This document shows, in pieces, positions 1 through 8,985 of a stretch of DNA of 63,763 nt (position 1 is the first letter of the stretch; the number at the start of each line of letters is the position of its first letter). A model generated the notes under the pieces. That model searched no databases and was not told the origin of the DNA. It was given only the letters and a program-made list of their open reading frames with translations. A program made the position numbers and the translations under genes. The DNA comes from Oscillospiraceae bacterium (lineage in GTDB: Bacteria > Bacillota > Clostridia > Oscillospirales > Oscillospiraceae): positions 1 to 63,763 of the forward strand of contig JAEDFW010000001.1 of NCBI GenBank assembly GCA_016297855.1, written 5' to 3'.

Positions 1-2
1 TC

Positions 3-1775
3 CAGCAGAAGAACTGGATCGGCCGCTCCACCGGCGCGGAGGTCACCTTCAAGGCTACGACCGGCGACGATATCGTCGTTTATACCACGCGCCCGGACAC
101 GCTCTTCGGCGCGACGTACATGGTGCTCTCGCCTGAGCATGCGCTCATCAAATCGTGGCTGCCGCAGCTCAAAAATGCCGACGAGGTCACGGCGTACCAG
201 CGCCTTGCCGCATCCAAGTCCGATCTTGAGCGCACGGAGCTGAATAAAGAAAAGACCGGCGTGTGCCTCGACGGCGTGCGCGCGGTGAATCCTGTGAACG
301 GCAAGGAAATTCCCATCTTTATCTCTGACTATGTCCTTTCCACCTACGGAACGGGCGCCATTATGGCCGTGCCGGCCCATGACGACCGTGACTGGGCGTT
401 CGCCAAGAAGTTCGGCTGCGAGATCATCGAAGTTGTCTCCGGCGGCGAGGATGTGCAGAAGGCTGCGTTTACCGCCAAGGACGAGACGGGGATTCTTGTG
501 AACTCTGAGTTCCTCAACGGCCTGACGGTCAAGGACGCGATCCCCGTCATCACCAAATGGCTCGAAGAGAAGGGCATCGGCCACGCACAGGTCAACTACA
601 AGCTGCGCGACTGGGTGTTCTCCCGCCAGCGCTACTGGGGCGAGCCGATTCCGATGATCTGGTGCGATAAGTGCGGCTGGCAGCCGCTGCCCGAAGATCA
701 GCTGCCGCTTCTTTTGCCCGAAGTCGACAGCTATGAGCTGACCGACGACGGCGAAAGCCCCATCTCCAAGATGACCGACTGGGTCAATACGACGTGCCCC
801 TGCTGCGGCGGCCCTGCCAAGCGCGAGACCGATACCATGCCGCAGTGGGCAGGTTCCTCGTGGTACTTCCTGCGCTATATGGATCCCCACAACGATCAAG
901 CGCTTGCCAGCAAAGAGGCGCTCGAGTACTGGTCGCCCGTCGACTGGTACAACGGCGGTATGGAGCACACCACGCTGCATCTGCTGTACTCGCGTTTCTG
1001 GCACAAGTTCCTCTACGATATCGGCGTCGTGCCCACCAAGGAGCCGTATCACAAGCGCACCAGCCACGGCATGATCCTCGGCGAGGGCGGCGAAAAAATG
1101 TCCAAATCGCGCGGCAACGTCATTAACCCCAACGATATCATCGCCGAGTACGGCGCAGATACCATGCGCACATATATCATGTTCATCGGCGACTTTGAAA
1201 AGGCCGCGGCATGGTCTGCCAACGCCGTCAAGGGCTGCAAGCGCTTCTTGGATCGTGTGTGGAACCTCTGCGAGATGGAGCACGCGGAAGGCGGCTATTC
1301 CAAGGCCAATGAGTCCGCCATCCACAAGGCCATCAAGAAGGTCAGCGAGGATATCGAGGCCATGAAGTTTAACACAGCCATCGCTGCTCTGATGGCGCTG
1401 GTCAACGACTTCTACGCCAACGGCGCCAGCCGGGGCGATATGAAGGCGCTGCTTTTGATGCTCTCGCCGTTTGCACCGCATCTGGCCGAGGAGCAGTGGC
1501 AGCAGATGGGATTTGCAGCTGAGACGGGTAAGATGGCCTGCCAGAACCCGTGGCCGGAATATGACGAGAGCAAGACCATCGACGCGACCGTTGAGATGGC
1601 CGTGCAGGTGCTCGGCAAGCTCAAGGGTACGGTCATCGTTCCGATGGACAGCGATCAGGATATGGTCGTTGCTGAGGCGCTCAAGAATGAAAAGGTCGCG
1701 CGCATTGCTGAGGGCAGACAGATCGTGAAGGTTATTCTGGTCAAAAACAAGCTGGTTAACCTCATCATCAAGTAA
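3..1775 (+). CDS. leuS: Leucyl-tRNA synthetase (5'-truncated by window edge)
   Basis: Frame open from position 3 ([16 protein letters not shown]); editing-domain [30 protein letters not shown] and KMSKS motifs. Confidence 0.97.
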   Translation, partial: QQKNWIGRSTGAEVTFKATTGDDIVVYTTRPDTLFGATYMVLSPEHALIKSWLPQLKNADEVTAYQRLAASKSDLERTELNKEKTGVCLDGVRAVNPVNGKEIPIFISDYVLSTYGTGAIMAVPAHDDRDWAFAKKFGCEIIEVVSGGEDVQKAAFTAKDETGILVNSEFLNGLTVKDAIPVITKWLEEKGIGHAQVNYKLRDWVFSRQRYWGEPIPMIWCDKCGWQPLPEDQLPLLLPEVDSYELTDDGESPISKMTDWVNTTCPCCGGPAKRETDTMPQWAGSSWYFLRYMDPHNDQALASKEALEYWSPVDWYNGGMEHTTLHLLYSRFWHKFLYDIGVVPTKEPYHKRTSHGMILGEGGEKMSKSRGNVINPNDIIAEYGADTMRTYIMFIGDFEKAAAWSANAVKGCKRFLDRVWNLCEMEHAEGGYSKANESAIHKAIKKVSEDIEAMKFNTAIAALMALVNDFYANGASRGDMKALLLMLSPFAPHLAEEQWQQMGFAAETGKMACQNPWPEYDESKTIDATVEMAVQVLGKLKGTVIVPMDSDQDMVVAEALKNEKVARIAEGRQIVKVILVKNKLVNLIIK

Positions 1776-1809
1776 GCGCCGACGGAAAAACAGTTTTCTA
1801 AAAAAAATC

Positions 1810-1838
1810 TTGACATTTTCCACAACGCTGACTATAAT
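1810..1838 (+). promoter_or_regulatory. Sigma-A promoter of rpsU
   Basis: TTGACA-N17-TATAAT, perfect consensus. Confidence 0.85.
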
Positions 1839-1908
1839 AATCTAGCCAATTCATGTGGCCCTGAAAGCGACCTGGATCGAGCCGGTTGCGTCGGAGGGAG
1901 GGAAAACG

Positions 1909-2091
1909 ATGTCTGAAGTTCGCGTCAAGGAAGGCGAATCCTTGGAAAATGCTCTGAAGCGGTTCAAGCGCAGCTGTGCAAAGGCTGGCGTGATCGCCGA
2001 AGTCAAGAAAAGAGAGCACTATGTGAGCCCCAGCCTGAAGCGTAAGCAGAAGTCTGAAGCTGCTCGCAAGAACAGAAAGAAGTTCTATTGA
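1909..2091 (+). CDS. rpsU: 30S ribosomal protein S21
   Basis: [50 protein letters not shown] upstream of ATG 1909. Confidence 0.97.
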   Translation: MSEVRVKEGESLENALKRFKRSCAKAGVIAEVKKREHYVSPSLKRKQKSEAARKNRKKFY

Positions 2092-2114
2092 TCTCTCCCC
2101 AAGTATTGCGAATC

Positions 2115-2145
2115 AAACGCCTCTGCCTATGGCAGAGGCGTTTTT
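2115..2145. terminator. Intrinsic terminator between convergent rpsU and a hypothetical gene
   Basis: AAACGCCTCTGCC-TAT-GGCAGAGGCGTTTTT, 13-bp inverted repeat followed by a T run. Confidence 0.8.
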
Positions 2146-2729
2146 CGTATGACCGCGTCCGGAGGGATATCCCCGAACACGTACGGAACGCCGAGTGCGG
2201 ATGCAAGCCGGAGCTTTTCCGCCACGGTCTGCGTCGTGTCGAACAGGTGCATGTGCGCATGCGCGTGTTCAATCTGGACGCAGTACATGCAGCACAGTTC
2301 CGGTGAAAAAAACGCCGGGCAGCTGCGCTGAATCTCCAGACTTTCTTCGCGCGTGAGCGCGTCGCCTGTGCCAGTGGGGCAGGGCATGGAAAAGCGCGTG
2401 CAGAGCGGCGCAATGTTCAGCCATAACCGTCCGGCAGACGCTTCCATGGCCTGCGTGATTCTGTCTTTCAGTGTTCCGCCGGAGAGCCGCGACGAGATCC
2501 ACACATCTGAGCCGGTTCCACCGCTGTGGTCCGTTTTGCGCAGGATCGTACCTTCTTCTGCCGCTGCATCCATGCAGAACACCGGTGCGTCCGCGCCTGC
2601 CGGGACATGGCAGCCTTCCGGCACGACGATGAGTGAGCCTGCGGCCGTTCCGGTATCATAATCAATTCCGCTCAGCCAGTATGCGTCTGTTTCCTGTGCG
2701 GCCTGCGGCGGAAAAGCAAAGACAATCAT
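2127..2729 (-). CDS. Hypothetical protein; C-terminus resembles a degenerate GH18 (YdhD/YaaH-like) spore protein
   Basis: About 200-aa ORF with AGGAG RBS; C-terminal FFSPELCCMY...HLFDTTQTVAEKLRLASALGV resembles the GH18 'VWFEDARSI..K..L..ELG' segment. Confidence 0.55.
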   Translation of the reverse strand: MIVFAFPPQAAQETDAYWLSGIDYDTGTAAGSLIVVPEGCHVPAGADAPVFCMDAAAEEGTILRKTDHSGGTGSDVWISSRLSGGTLKDRITQAMEASAGRLWLNIAPLCTRFSMPCPTGTGDALTREESLEIQRSCPAFFSPELCCMYCVQIEHAHAHMHLFDTTQTVAEKLRLASALGVPYVFGDIPPDAVIRKTPLP

Positions 2730-2817
2730 AGACAATCAGCTCCTGTTTGTGCTATACTATGACAAGCGGAACGCGGAATGCCCGCCTCTGCCAATATATG
2801 AAACCGCAGGTATGCTT

Positions 2818-3327
2818 ATGTCCGTTTCTCTCATTCCCGACATGATTTTTTCCGGTCTGACTGACGTGACGGCCGACATTCTCTGTGCGCGCGGCATTAC
2901 CACGCTGCTGCTGGATTTTGATAATACCATCGTTCCGTACACAACTTCCACGCCAACGCCTGAGATGGAGCACTGGCTGCGAGCGATGCTGCAAAGCGAC
3001 ATTTGTCTGTGTGTCGTCTCCAACAGCCACAAGCCGCGTGTGAAGGTGTTTTGTGAGAAATACGGGCTGGACTGCATCACGCACGCGAAAAAGCCGTTTC
3101 AGCGTGGTCTGAATGAGGCTAAGCAGCGCTATTCGCTCGATCCGTCAAAGACCGCGCTCGCAGGCGACCAGATTTATACGGACGTGCTGGGCGCGAACTG
3201 CGCCGGTATGCAGTCTATTTTAGTATCTGCCATCAATAATCATACGATCTGGCTGAAGCTGCGCCATGTGGCTGAGCTTCCGTTCATCGCATGGGGAAAA
3301 AGGAGAAATTGTCATGAAAAATCTTGA
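2818..3327 (+). CDS. yqeG: YqeG-family HAD IIIA phosphatase
   Basis: HAD motif I LLLDFDNTI, VVSN, AKKP, GDQIYTDVLGAN; start inferred from GCAGG RBS. Confidence 0.9.
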   Translation: MSVSLIPDMIFSGLTDVTADILCARGITTLLLDFDNTIVPYTTSTPTPEMEHWLRAMLQSDICLCVVSNSHKPRVKVFCEKYGLDCITHAKKPFQRGLNEAKQRYSLDPSKTALAGDQIYTDVLGANCAGMQSILVSAINNHTIWLKLRHVAELPFIAWGKRRNCHEKS

Positions 3328-4381
3328 AAAATACCATTCTCTGCTGGAAACCGGCGAAGTTGACGCGCTTCTTTTGACCAGCGAGCATAACCGGCTGTAT
3401 GCTGCACAATATAATGTTGCCGAAGGCGTTGCAGTGATCGGCAAAACCGGCAGCTATTATTTTACCGACAGCCGCTATATTGAGGCCGCGGAAAAGAATC
3501 TCTCCGGCTTCACCGTCCGCATGACCGACCGCGAGCATCCGTATACCGACCGCATCAACGAGGCCATTGCCGAGCAGACCATCAAGGTCATGGGCTTCGA
3601 AGAAGATGCGCTTACCTATGGCGAGTATATGCACTACAATGAGAAGCTTACGGTTGTGCTCAAGCCCTACGGCGAGAAGATCGGCTCGTTCCGCGCTAGC
3701 AAGGAGCCGTGGGAACTGGAGCTCATGCGCAAGGCGCAGGAAATCACCGACAAAACGTTTACCGAGCTGCAGAGCGTCATCCATGCCGGAATGACCGAGA
3801 AAGAGCTGGCGGCAGAGCTCATCTACCGGCTGTACAAGAACGGCGCTGACGGTCTTTCCTTTGATCCCATTGTCGTCTCCGGTCCGAATACGAGCCTTCC
3901 GCACGGCGTGCCCGGTGAGCGAGAACTGCAGTACGGCGATTTCATCACCATGGATTTTGGCTGTATCTACAAGGGCTATTGCTCGGATATGACGCGCACG
4001 GTGGCGCTCGGCTTTGTGACCGAGGAAATGGATAAGGTCTATCATACAGTGCTGGCCGCGCAGATGGCGGCGCTCGCCGTGACAAAAGCCGGCGCGACGG
4101 GCAGGCAGATCGACGCTGCCGCACGCGATGCCATCGCTGATGCAGGTTATGGCGATTATTTCGGCCATGGCTACGGCCACAGCCTCGGCATCGAGATCCA
4201 CGAATCGCCCAATCTGAATCCGTCGAACGACAAGCCCATGCCGCTTGGCGCGGTCTGTTCGGCCGAGCCCGGCATCTATCTGCCCGGCAAATTCGGCGTG
4301 CGCATCGAAGACGTGACCATCCTGACGGAAAACGGCTGCGAAAATATCACAAAGAGCCCAAAAAATTTGATTATTTTGTAA
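3314..4381 (+). CDS. pepP: Xaa-Pro aminopeptidase (M24B family)
   Basis: TDSRY, LPHG, DFG..GYCSDMTRT, FGHGYGHSLGIEIHE and EPGIYLPGKFGVRIED motifs; AGGAG RBS. Confidence 0.92.
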   Translation: MKNLEKYHSLLETGEVDALLLTSEHNRLYAAQYNVAEGVAVIGKTGSYYFTDSRYIEAAEKNLSGFTVRMTDREHPYTDRINEAIAEQTIKVMGFEEDALTYGEYMHYNEKLTVVLKPYGEKIGSFRASKEPWELELMRKAQEITDKTFTELQSVIHAGMTEKELAAELIYRLYKNGADGLSFDPIVVSGPNTSLPHGVPGERELQYGDFITMDFGCIYKGYCSDMTRTVALGFVTEEMDKVYHTVLAAQMAALAVTKAGATGRQIDAAARDAIADAGYGDYFGHGYGHSLGIEIHESPNLNPSNDKPMPLGAVCSAEPGIYLPGKFGVRIEDVTILTENGCENITKSPKNLIIL

Positions 4382-4388
4382 CTGCTGC

Positions 4389-4417
4389 TTGAAAAATGCG
4401 CTGCAGTGTTGTAAAAT
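4389..4417 (+). promoter_or_regulatory. Sigma-A-like promoter of efp
   Basis: TTGAAA-N17-TAAAAT. Confidence 0.55.
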
Positions 4418-4469
4418 CAAAACGCTATTGTAGTAATGCTTTGAAACTTAACATACGGAGGACGAGACT

Positions 4470-5039
4470 ATGGCAACTATTACCGCTGGTGATTTCAGAA
4501 ACGGTAAGACTTTTGAGATGGACGGCAAGATCATGCAGGTTGTGGAGTTCCAGCATGTCAAGCCGGGCAAGGGCGCCGCATTTGTGCGCACCAAGATGAA
4601 GAACGTTGTGACCGGCGCCGTGACCGAAACTTCCTTCAACCCGACTGCGAAGTTTGAAGAAGCCTATATCGAGCGCAAGGACTATGAATACAGCTACAAC
4701 GACGGCGACCTGTACTACTTCATGGATCAGGAGACCTATGATATGCTGCCGCTCAACAAGGACGTGCTTGACGACTCTTTCCGCTTCATTAAGGAAAACA
4801 CCGTCTGCAAGCTGCTGTCCTACAAGGGAAACGTCTTTGGCATTGAAACGCCCAACTTCGTTGAGCTTGAGGTTACCAAGGCTGATCCGGGCGTGAAGGG
4901 CGATACCGCTACCAACGTTACCAAGCCCGCCACCGTTGAGACCGGCGCTGAGATCAAGGTGCCGCTGTTCATCAACGAGGGCGACCGCATCCAGATCGAT
5001 ACCCGCACGGGCGAATACCTGGGCCGCGCAAAGGGCTGA
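4470..5039 (+). CDS. efp: Translation elongation factor P
   Basis: [16 protein letters not shown] loop, [16 protein letters not shown] and IDTRTGEY motifs. Confidence 0.98.
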   Translation: MATITAGDFRNGKTFEMDGKIMQVVEFQHVKPGKGAAFVRTKMKNVVTGAVTETSFNPTAKFEEAYIERKDYEYSYNDGDLYYFMDQETYDMLPLNKDVLDDSFRFIKENTVCKLLSYKGNVFGIETPNFVELEVTKADPGVKGDTATNVTKPATVETGAEIKVPLFINEGDRIQIDTRTGEYLGRAKG

Positions 5040-5070
5040 GTTTTCCGCACCTGATTGAAAGGAGATTGAC

Positions 5071-5523
5071 ATGACGCTTTCCGAAAAATCCGCGTATCTG
5101 AAGGGCCTGATGGACGGCCTGAAGCTGGACACCGAGAAGAACGAGGGCAAGATGATCGCCGCGATCGTTGATATGCTTTCGGATGTTGCCAATACGATTG
5201 CCGATCTTGAGGACGTTGTGGACACTGTTTCCGACGAGCTCGACTGCATCGAAGAGGATCTTGACAACATCGACGAATACCTCATGGACGACTACGACGA
5301 TGAGGATGATGACGATTACGAGGAGTACGACGAGAACGACGACGAAGACGAGGATGACGAGTACGACTTCGGCGACGACGAGACACTCTATGAGGTCAAG
5401 TGCCCCACCTGTGGTGAGGTCATCACGCTCGACGAGGAAATGCTTGACGAAGGCTCCACCGTCTGCCCAAGCTGCGGCGAAGAGCTGGAATTTGATTTTG
5501 AGGGCGAGGACGAAGAAAACTGA
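5071..5523 (+). CDS. CD1247-like acidic protein with C-terminal CxxC/CxxC zinc ribbon
   Basis: N-terminal EKSAYLKGLMDGL, D/E-rich linker, CPTCG...CPSCG; GAAAGGAG RBS. Confidence 0.85.
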   Translation: MTLSEKSAYLKGLMDGLKLDTEKNEGKMIAAIVDMLSDVANTIADLEDVVDTVSDELDCIEEDLDNIDEYLMDDYDDEDDDDYEEYDENDDEDEDDEYDFGDDETLYEVKCPTCGEVITLDEEMLDEGSTVCPSCGEELEFDFEGEDEEN

Positions 5524-5550
5524 GTCAAGGCGCACAGCAATACGCAGTTT

Positions 5551-5583
5551 ACCCGGAAAGGCGACGCGCCTTTCCGGGTTTTT
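5551..5583 (+). terminator. Intrinsic terminator after efp-CD1247-like genes
   Basis: ACCCGGAAAGGCG-ACG-CGCCTTTCCGGGT followed by a T run. Confidence 0.85.
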
Positions 5584-5609
5584 CCTGCTGCGAAGCGAGA
5601 GGAACACCG

Positions 5610-5923
5610 ATGAAAAAACGTTTACCACCATGATGCCCGATCAGGTCGGAGCATTTCTGGCCGCCAGCCGCGTGTTTGCCGCGCTGGGGTATCTTTCGGA
5701 CGCGGAAAACTTCGGCGATGTGATGCTGATCTCGCGCTTTCAGATCAATATCTGCTACCTCAGCTCACAGGAAAACGGCACGCAGTACCAGTATTTCCGT
5801 ATGGGTCTTCTCGTGCAGGACAACGATGAGAGCGTGGCGTTTTTCCGGACAATATTCTGGTCAATCTCAAGGGCTTTAAGCGCGAGTAGGGGACGTTCAA
5901 CTGCCTGGCACCGTATCTCATGA
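5610..5923 (+). pseudogene. Remnant of an ACT-domain-containing protein (N-terminus of the clostridial ACT/MBL-fold hydrolase type)
   Basis: GAGAGG RBS + ATG AAA AAA, out of frame with TFTTMMPDQVGAFLAASRVFAALG...INICYLSSQENGTQYQYFRMGL; frameshift in an A-run, then truncation. Confidence 0.6.
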
Positions 5924-6090
5924 CTTCGGTCGATACGAAGCCAAGCTAACCGCAGCGGAACGCGAAGCAATTGAGTTGCTGCTCACACCCGGCGACTGGA
6001 CAATTTTCGGCGCGCACGGCGCGCCCCTTAAAATAACGGTATGAGAAACGCCTATGGCTTCTGCCATGGGCGTTGGTTCTTGATTATGCC

Positions 6091-6192
6091 TCAGAGCTGG
6101 CCAGAGAGGAACAGGAGTTCCCCGACCTTGATTGCCCGAGAGTACGGGCCGATTGCGCCGGGCGCGTTGGGCGTGGAAATGACAGTTTTCAT
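6091..6192 (-). pseudogene. ridA: Truncated RidA/YjgF-family gene
   Basis: [33 protein letters not shown] then TGA after 33 aa; AGGAGGTG RBS; the family is normally about 125 aa. Confidence 0.8.
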
Positions 6193-6260
6193 GGAAAACA
6201 CCTCCTGCTTTTTGAAAATTCTATCATAGTCCATACCTGGTGTCAATGCGCCTGTTTGCA

Positions 6261-6289
6261 TGGACATTTGCACGGGAACGTGCTATACT
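6261..6289 (+). promoter_or_regulatory. Sigma-A-like promoter (extended -10) of the CoA-ligase-like gene
   Basis: TGGACA-N17-TATACT with TG at -15/-14; back-to-back with a TTGACA-N17-TAGAAT promoter for the ridA remnant. Confidence 0.55.
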
Positions 6290-6324
6290 ATTGGCGAAAT
6301 TTGAACGCAAAGGCGGCATGCAAG

Positions 6325-7674
6325 TTGGATTGTGTCAAACTCTTTATCGAAAAAGCGTTGTATCCTGCGATGGAACTGAAAAAGGGCAACCGTGTGCGTA
6401 AGTATCTCGCCGAGCTGCAAAACACGCAGAAGCTGGATGCGCAAGCACTGCGTGAACTGCAGGCGGAGCGCCTCAAAAAGCTGCTGCACGCCTGTGCTGA
6501 CGGCGTGCCGGCCTATCGCGGTTTGCTCACGCATGCGGAGATCGACGAAGACCCGTTTGCGGCGCTGCGGCGGCTACCTGTTCTGGAAAAGCGTGTGTTC
6601 CGGCAGAACCCAGACGGGTATCTGAACGAGAATTACGATCCGGCAGCCAGAATCGCCAACACGACCGGCGGCTCAACCGGCGAGCCGATGCAGTTTTATA
6701 TGGATCGGTTCAGCGTCGAGCATTACGAGGCCGCGCGTTGGCGCGGTATGTCATGGTGGGGCATTACGCCCGGCAGCCGCAGCGTCATGATCTGGGGCAA
6801 TCCCATTGAGCTAGCGCAGAACGAGCAGAAAAAAGCGCAGCGCAAAGAGCGGTATCTCAAAAACCGTGTGGTGCTCTCGGCCTATGAGCTGACACCGGAC
6901 CGAATCGGGGAGTACATCGCGTTTTTGAACCGATACCAGCCTGAATACTTCTACGGCTATGCCGGGGCGCTGGAGGCCTTTGCGCGGCTTCTCATGCCCA
7001 GACGCGAAGATCTGCATCTGAAGCGGCTCAAGGCTGTTGTCTCTACCTCCGAGACGCTGCATGACGAGCAGCGCAGCATCATCTCCGGTGCGTTCGGCTG
7101 CCCGGTGGCCAACGAATACGGCGCTCGGGACGCCGGCATTCTGGCGTTCGAGTGCCCGTGCGGCAAGCTGCATCTGGTCAGCGAGAACGTCTTTTTTGAG
7201 ATTGTTGATCCCGCCACACACGGGCCGGTCGAGACAGGCAAAAGCGGTCTTGTCGTGACGACCGACCTCAATAACCTTGCTCAGCCGCGACTGCGCTTTT
7301 TGCTTGGCGACACGGCTACGCTGTCGGATGCAGTCTGCGCCTGCGGCCGCGGCCTTCCCGTGCTGCAGAGCATCGATGGCCGCGAGGACGCCATTTTCAA
7401 GCTGCCGGATGGCCGTCTGATTCACGGAGTTTTCTCCACACAGCTGGCCAAGCATTACGACTCGATTTCACAGATCCGCCTTGTGCAGCATGATACCGGC
7501 CATGCCGAGCTTCTGATCGCCGCAACAGGAGAAAAGCCGGAGCAGATTGAACGCTATGCCGATCAGGTGCGTGAAGTGATGCAGGGCGTGCAGATCGACG
7601 TGCGCGAAGTGGCGGAGATTCCAAAAACAGGCTCCGGAAAAACGCGCTACGCGATCCGGGAGTTTCCGTTATAA
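6325..7674 (+). CDS. Phenylacetate-CoA ligase family (CapK-like) adenylate-forming enzyme
   Basis: TTGGSTGEP P-loop, EYGARDAG, LRFLLGD, GREDA and KTGSGKTRY motifs; TTG start at 6325 inferred from AAGGCGG RBS (alternative ATG at 6370). Confidence 0.85.
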   Translation: MDCVKLFIEKALYPAMELKKGNRVRKYLAELQNTQKLDAQALRELQAERLKKLLHACADGVPAYRGLLTHAEIDEDPFAALRRLPVLEKRVFRQNPDGYLNENYDPAARIANTTGGSTGEPMQFYMDRFSVEHYEAARWRGMSWWGITPGSRSVMIWGNPIELAQNEQKKAQRKERYLKNRVVLSAYELTPDRIGEYIAFLNRYQPEYFYGYAGALEAFARLLMPRREDLHLKRLKAVVSTSETLHDEQRSIISGAFGCPVANEYGARDAGILAFECPCGKLHLVSENVFFEIVDPATHGPVETGKSGLVVTTDLNNLAQPRLRFLLGDTATLSDAVCACGRGLPVLQSIDGREDAIFKLPDGRLIHGVFSTQLAKHYDSISQIRLVQHDTGHAELLIAATGEKPEQIERYADQVREVMQGVQIDVREVAEIPKTGSGKTRYAIREFPL

Positions 7675-7707
7675 AAAAATCCGTGTGCCGTCGGCACACG
7701 GATTTTT
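7674..7707. terminator. Bidirectional terminator
   Basis: AAAAAATCCGTGTGCC-GTC-GGCACACGGATTTTT between convergent genes. Confidence 0.85.
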
Positions 7708-7731
7708 AATAGTTTCTGGCGGAAGAACAGC

Positions 7732-8985
7732 TTATTTCGTCCAGTAGAACGTTGTAATATCCTCGCGCTGGGTCAGCTGCCAGACGTCGTAGAGAAGCTG
7801 CGCCGCATCGCGGCGTGTGATGGGCTCGGCGCTGGTGCTGACAGGTACGGTTATTCCGGCATCGGAAAGCGTGCTTACGGCGCTCTGCGCCCAGACGGGA
7901 ACAGCACTTTCCGCTTCACTACCGGCAAAAACAGCTTTGGTGTCAGATTCCGGAAGCCGCAGCATATTCTGCAGCATGACGGCAGCCTCCGCGCCGGTCA
8001 GCGATGCTGACGGACGGAACAGCAGGCCTTCTTCTGAGCTGACGCCCGAGATCATACCGCTTTGGAAGGCGCTGACAATATACGGCCGCATCCAGCCGGG
8101 TGTGAGCGCCTCGTCGGCAAAGCCGGAGGTCAGTTCAGCGTCCTCTGCCTGCGCGCCCAGCATCGTCATGGCCATCACGAGAAATTCGCCGCGCCCGACC
8201 GTGCTGTCCGGCTCAAAGCACACGTTTCCTGCGATGCTCTTGCCTTGGTAGACGCCCTGCTCCTTCAGCCACATGGCCAGATATTCATCCGGGTCTGCGG
8301 CCATGTCGGTATAATACGTCTTGTCTGTTGGTTTGATGATCTTGATTTTGACGACGCCCTCCTGCGAGACGTTGCCGGCAGCGTCGGTGGCGGTGAAGGT
8401 GAACGAATCCTTGCCGACCTTGTTTTCCTTCGGCGTATAGGTGAAGGTTCCGTCCTCGTGCAGTTCCACCGTGCCGCGCTTGGGCTGGCGGACAAGCTGA
8501 TAGGTGAGCGCGTCGCCATCGGGATCGCTGACCGGAAGCGCTGCGGAATTCGCGATATTCTTATACGTCTCAAAGTCCATGCTTGCTGCCTCGGGCGCGC
8601 GGTTCTGACCGGAACGGATGTTCAGCCGGATCGTCTGCGCCTCGCCAACAGCACCGGATTGGATGGGGCAGTAGACAAGCGCCGTGCTGGCCACGGTGTC
8701 CGCCGCCGGTTCCAGTGTCAGCGCGCACAGCGCGGATGCGGGCAGAACATCGCCGGCGCACAGCACGCGGCTGCCGTAGCGGATGGTGCAGACAGATGCA
8801 TCCGGAACGCTGCTGAGATATACGCCCTCAGGCGCACTTCCGCCTGCAGAAAAATCAGCGGCGGAAAAAGTATGGGCCGATGCTGCGGTCACAGTGAGAT
8901 CGGCGGCAAATGCACCGGTTGCAAGCGCCGCTGTAAGAAGCAGCACCGCAAGCAGTGTGCCTGCCGGATGATGTTGACGTTTCAA
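7732..8985 (-). CDS. Secreted protein with cadherin-like/Ig (Big_9-type) domain and C-terminal S-layer homology domains
   Basis: Signal peptide; NRAP...DPDGDALTYQL...GTFTYTP...DSFTFTATD; SLH motifs F.P...LT.AEAA.ML and PITRRDAAQLL; TTG start with AGGAGGT RBS. Confidence 0.85.
   Translation of the reverse strand: MKRQHHPAGTLLAVLLLTAALATGAFAADLTVTAASAHTFSAADFSAGGSAPEGVYLSSVPDASVCTIRYGSRVLCAGDVLPASALCALTLEPAADTVASTALVYCPIQSGAVGEAQTIRLNIRSGQNRAPEAASMDFETYKNIANSAALPVSDPDGDALTYQLVRQPKRGTVELHEDGTFTYTPKENKVGKDSFTFTATDAAGNVSQEGVVKIKIIKPTDKTYYTDMAADPDEYLAMWLKEQGVYQGKSIAGNVCFEPDSTVGRGEFLVMAMTMLGAQAEDAELTSGFADEALTPGWMRPYIVSAFQSGMISGVSSEEGLLFRPSASLTGAEAAVMLQNMLRLPESDTKAVFAGSEAESAVPVWAQSAVSTLSDAGITVPVSTSAEPITRRDAAQLLYDVWQLTQREDITTFYWTK

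Noticed and set aside
5280..5385. GAC/GAT/GAG-rich low-complexity tract as a tandem repeat or array
   Set aside because: It is explained by the Asp/Glu-rich linker of the CD1247-like protein; there is no fixed repeat unit.
6040..6093. Selenocysteine or read-through at the TGA ending the ridA fragment
   Set aside because: The downstream frame (GIIKNQRPWQKP*) is not RidA-like, stops quickly and shows no SECIS-like hairpin.
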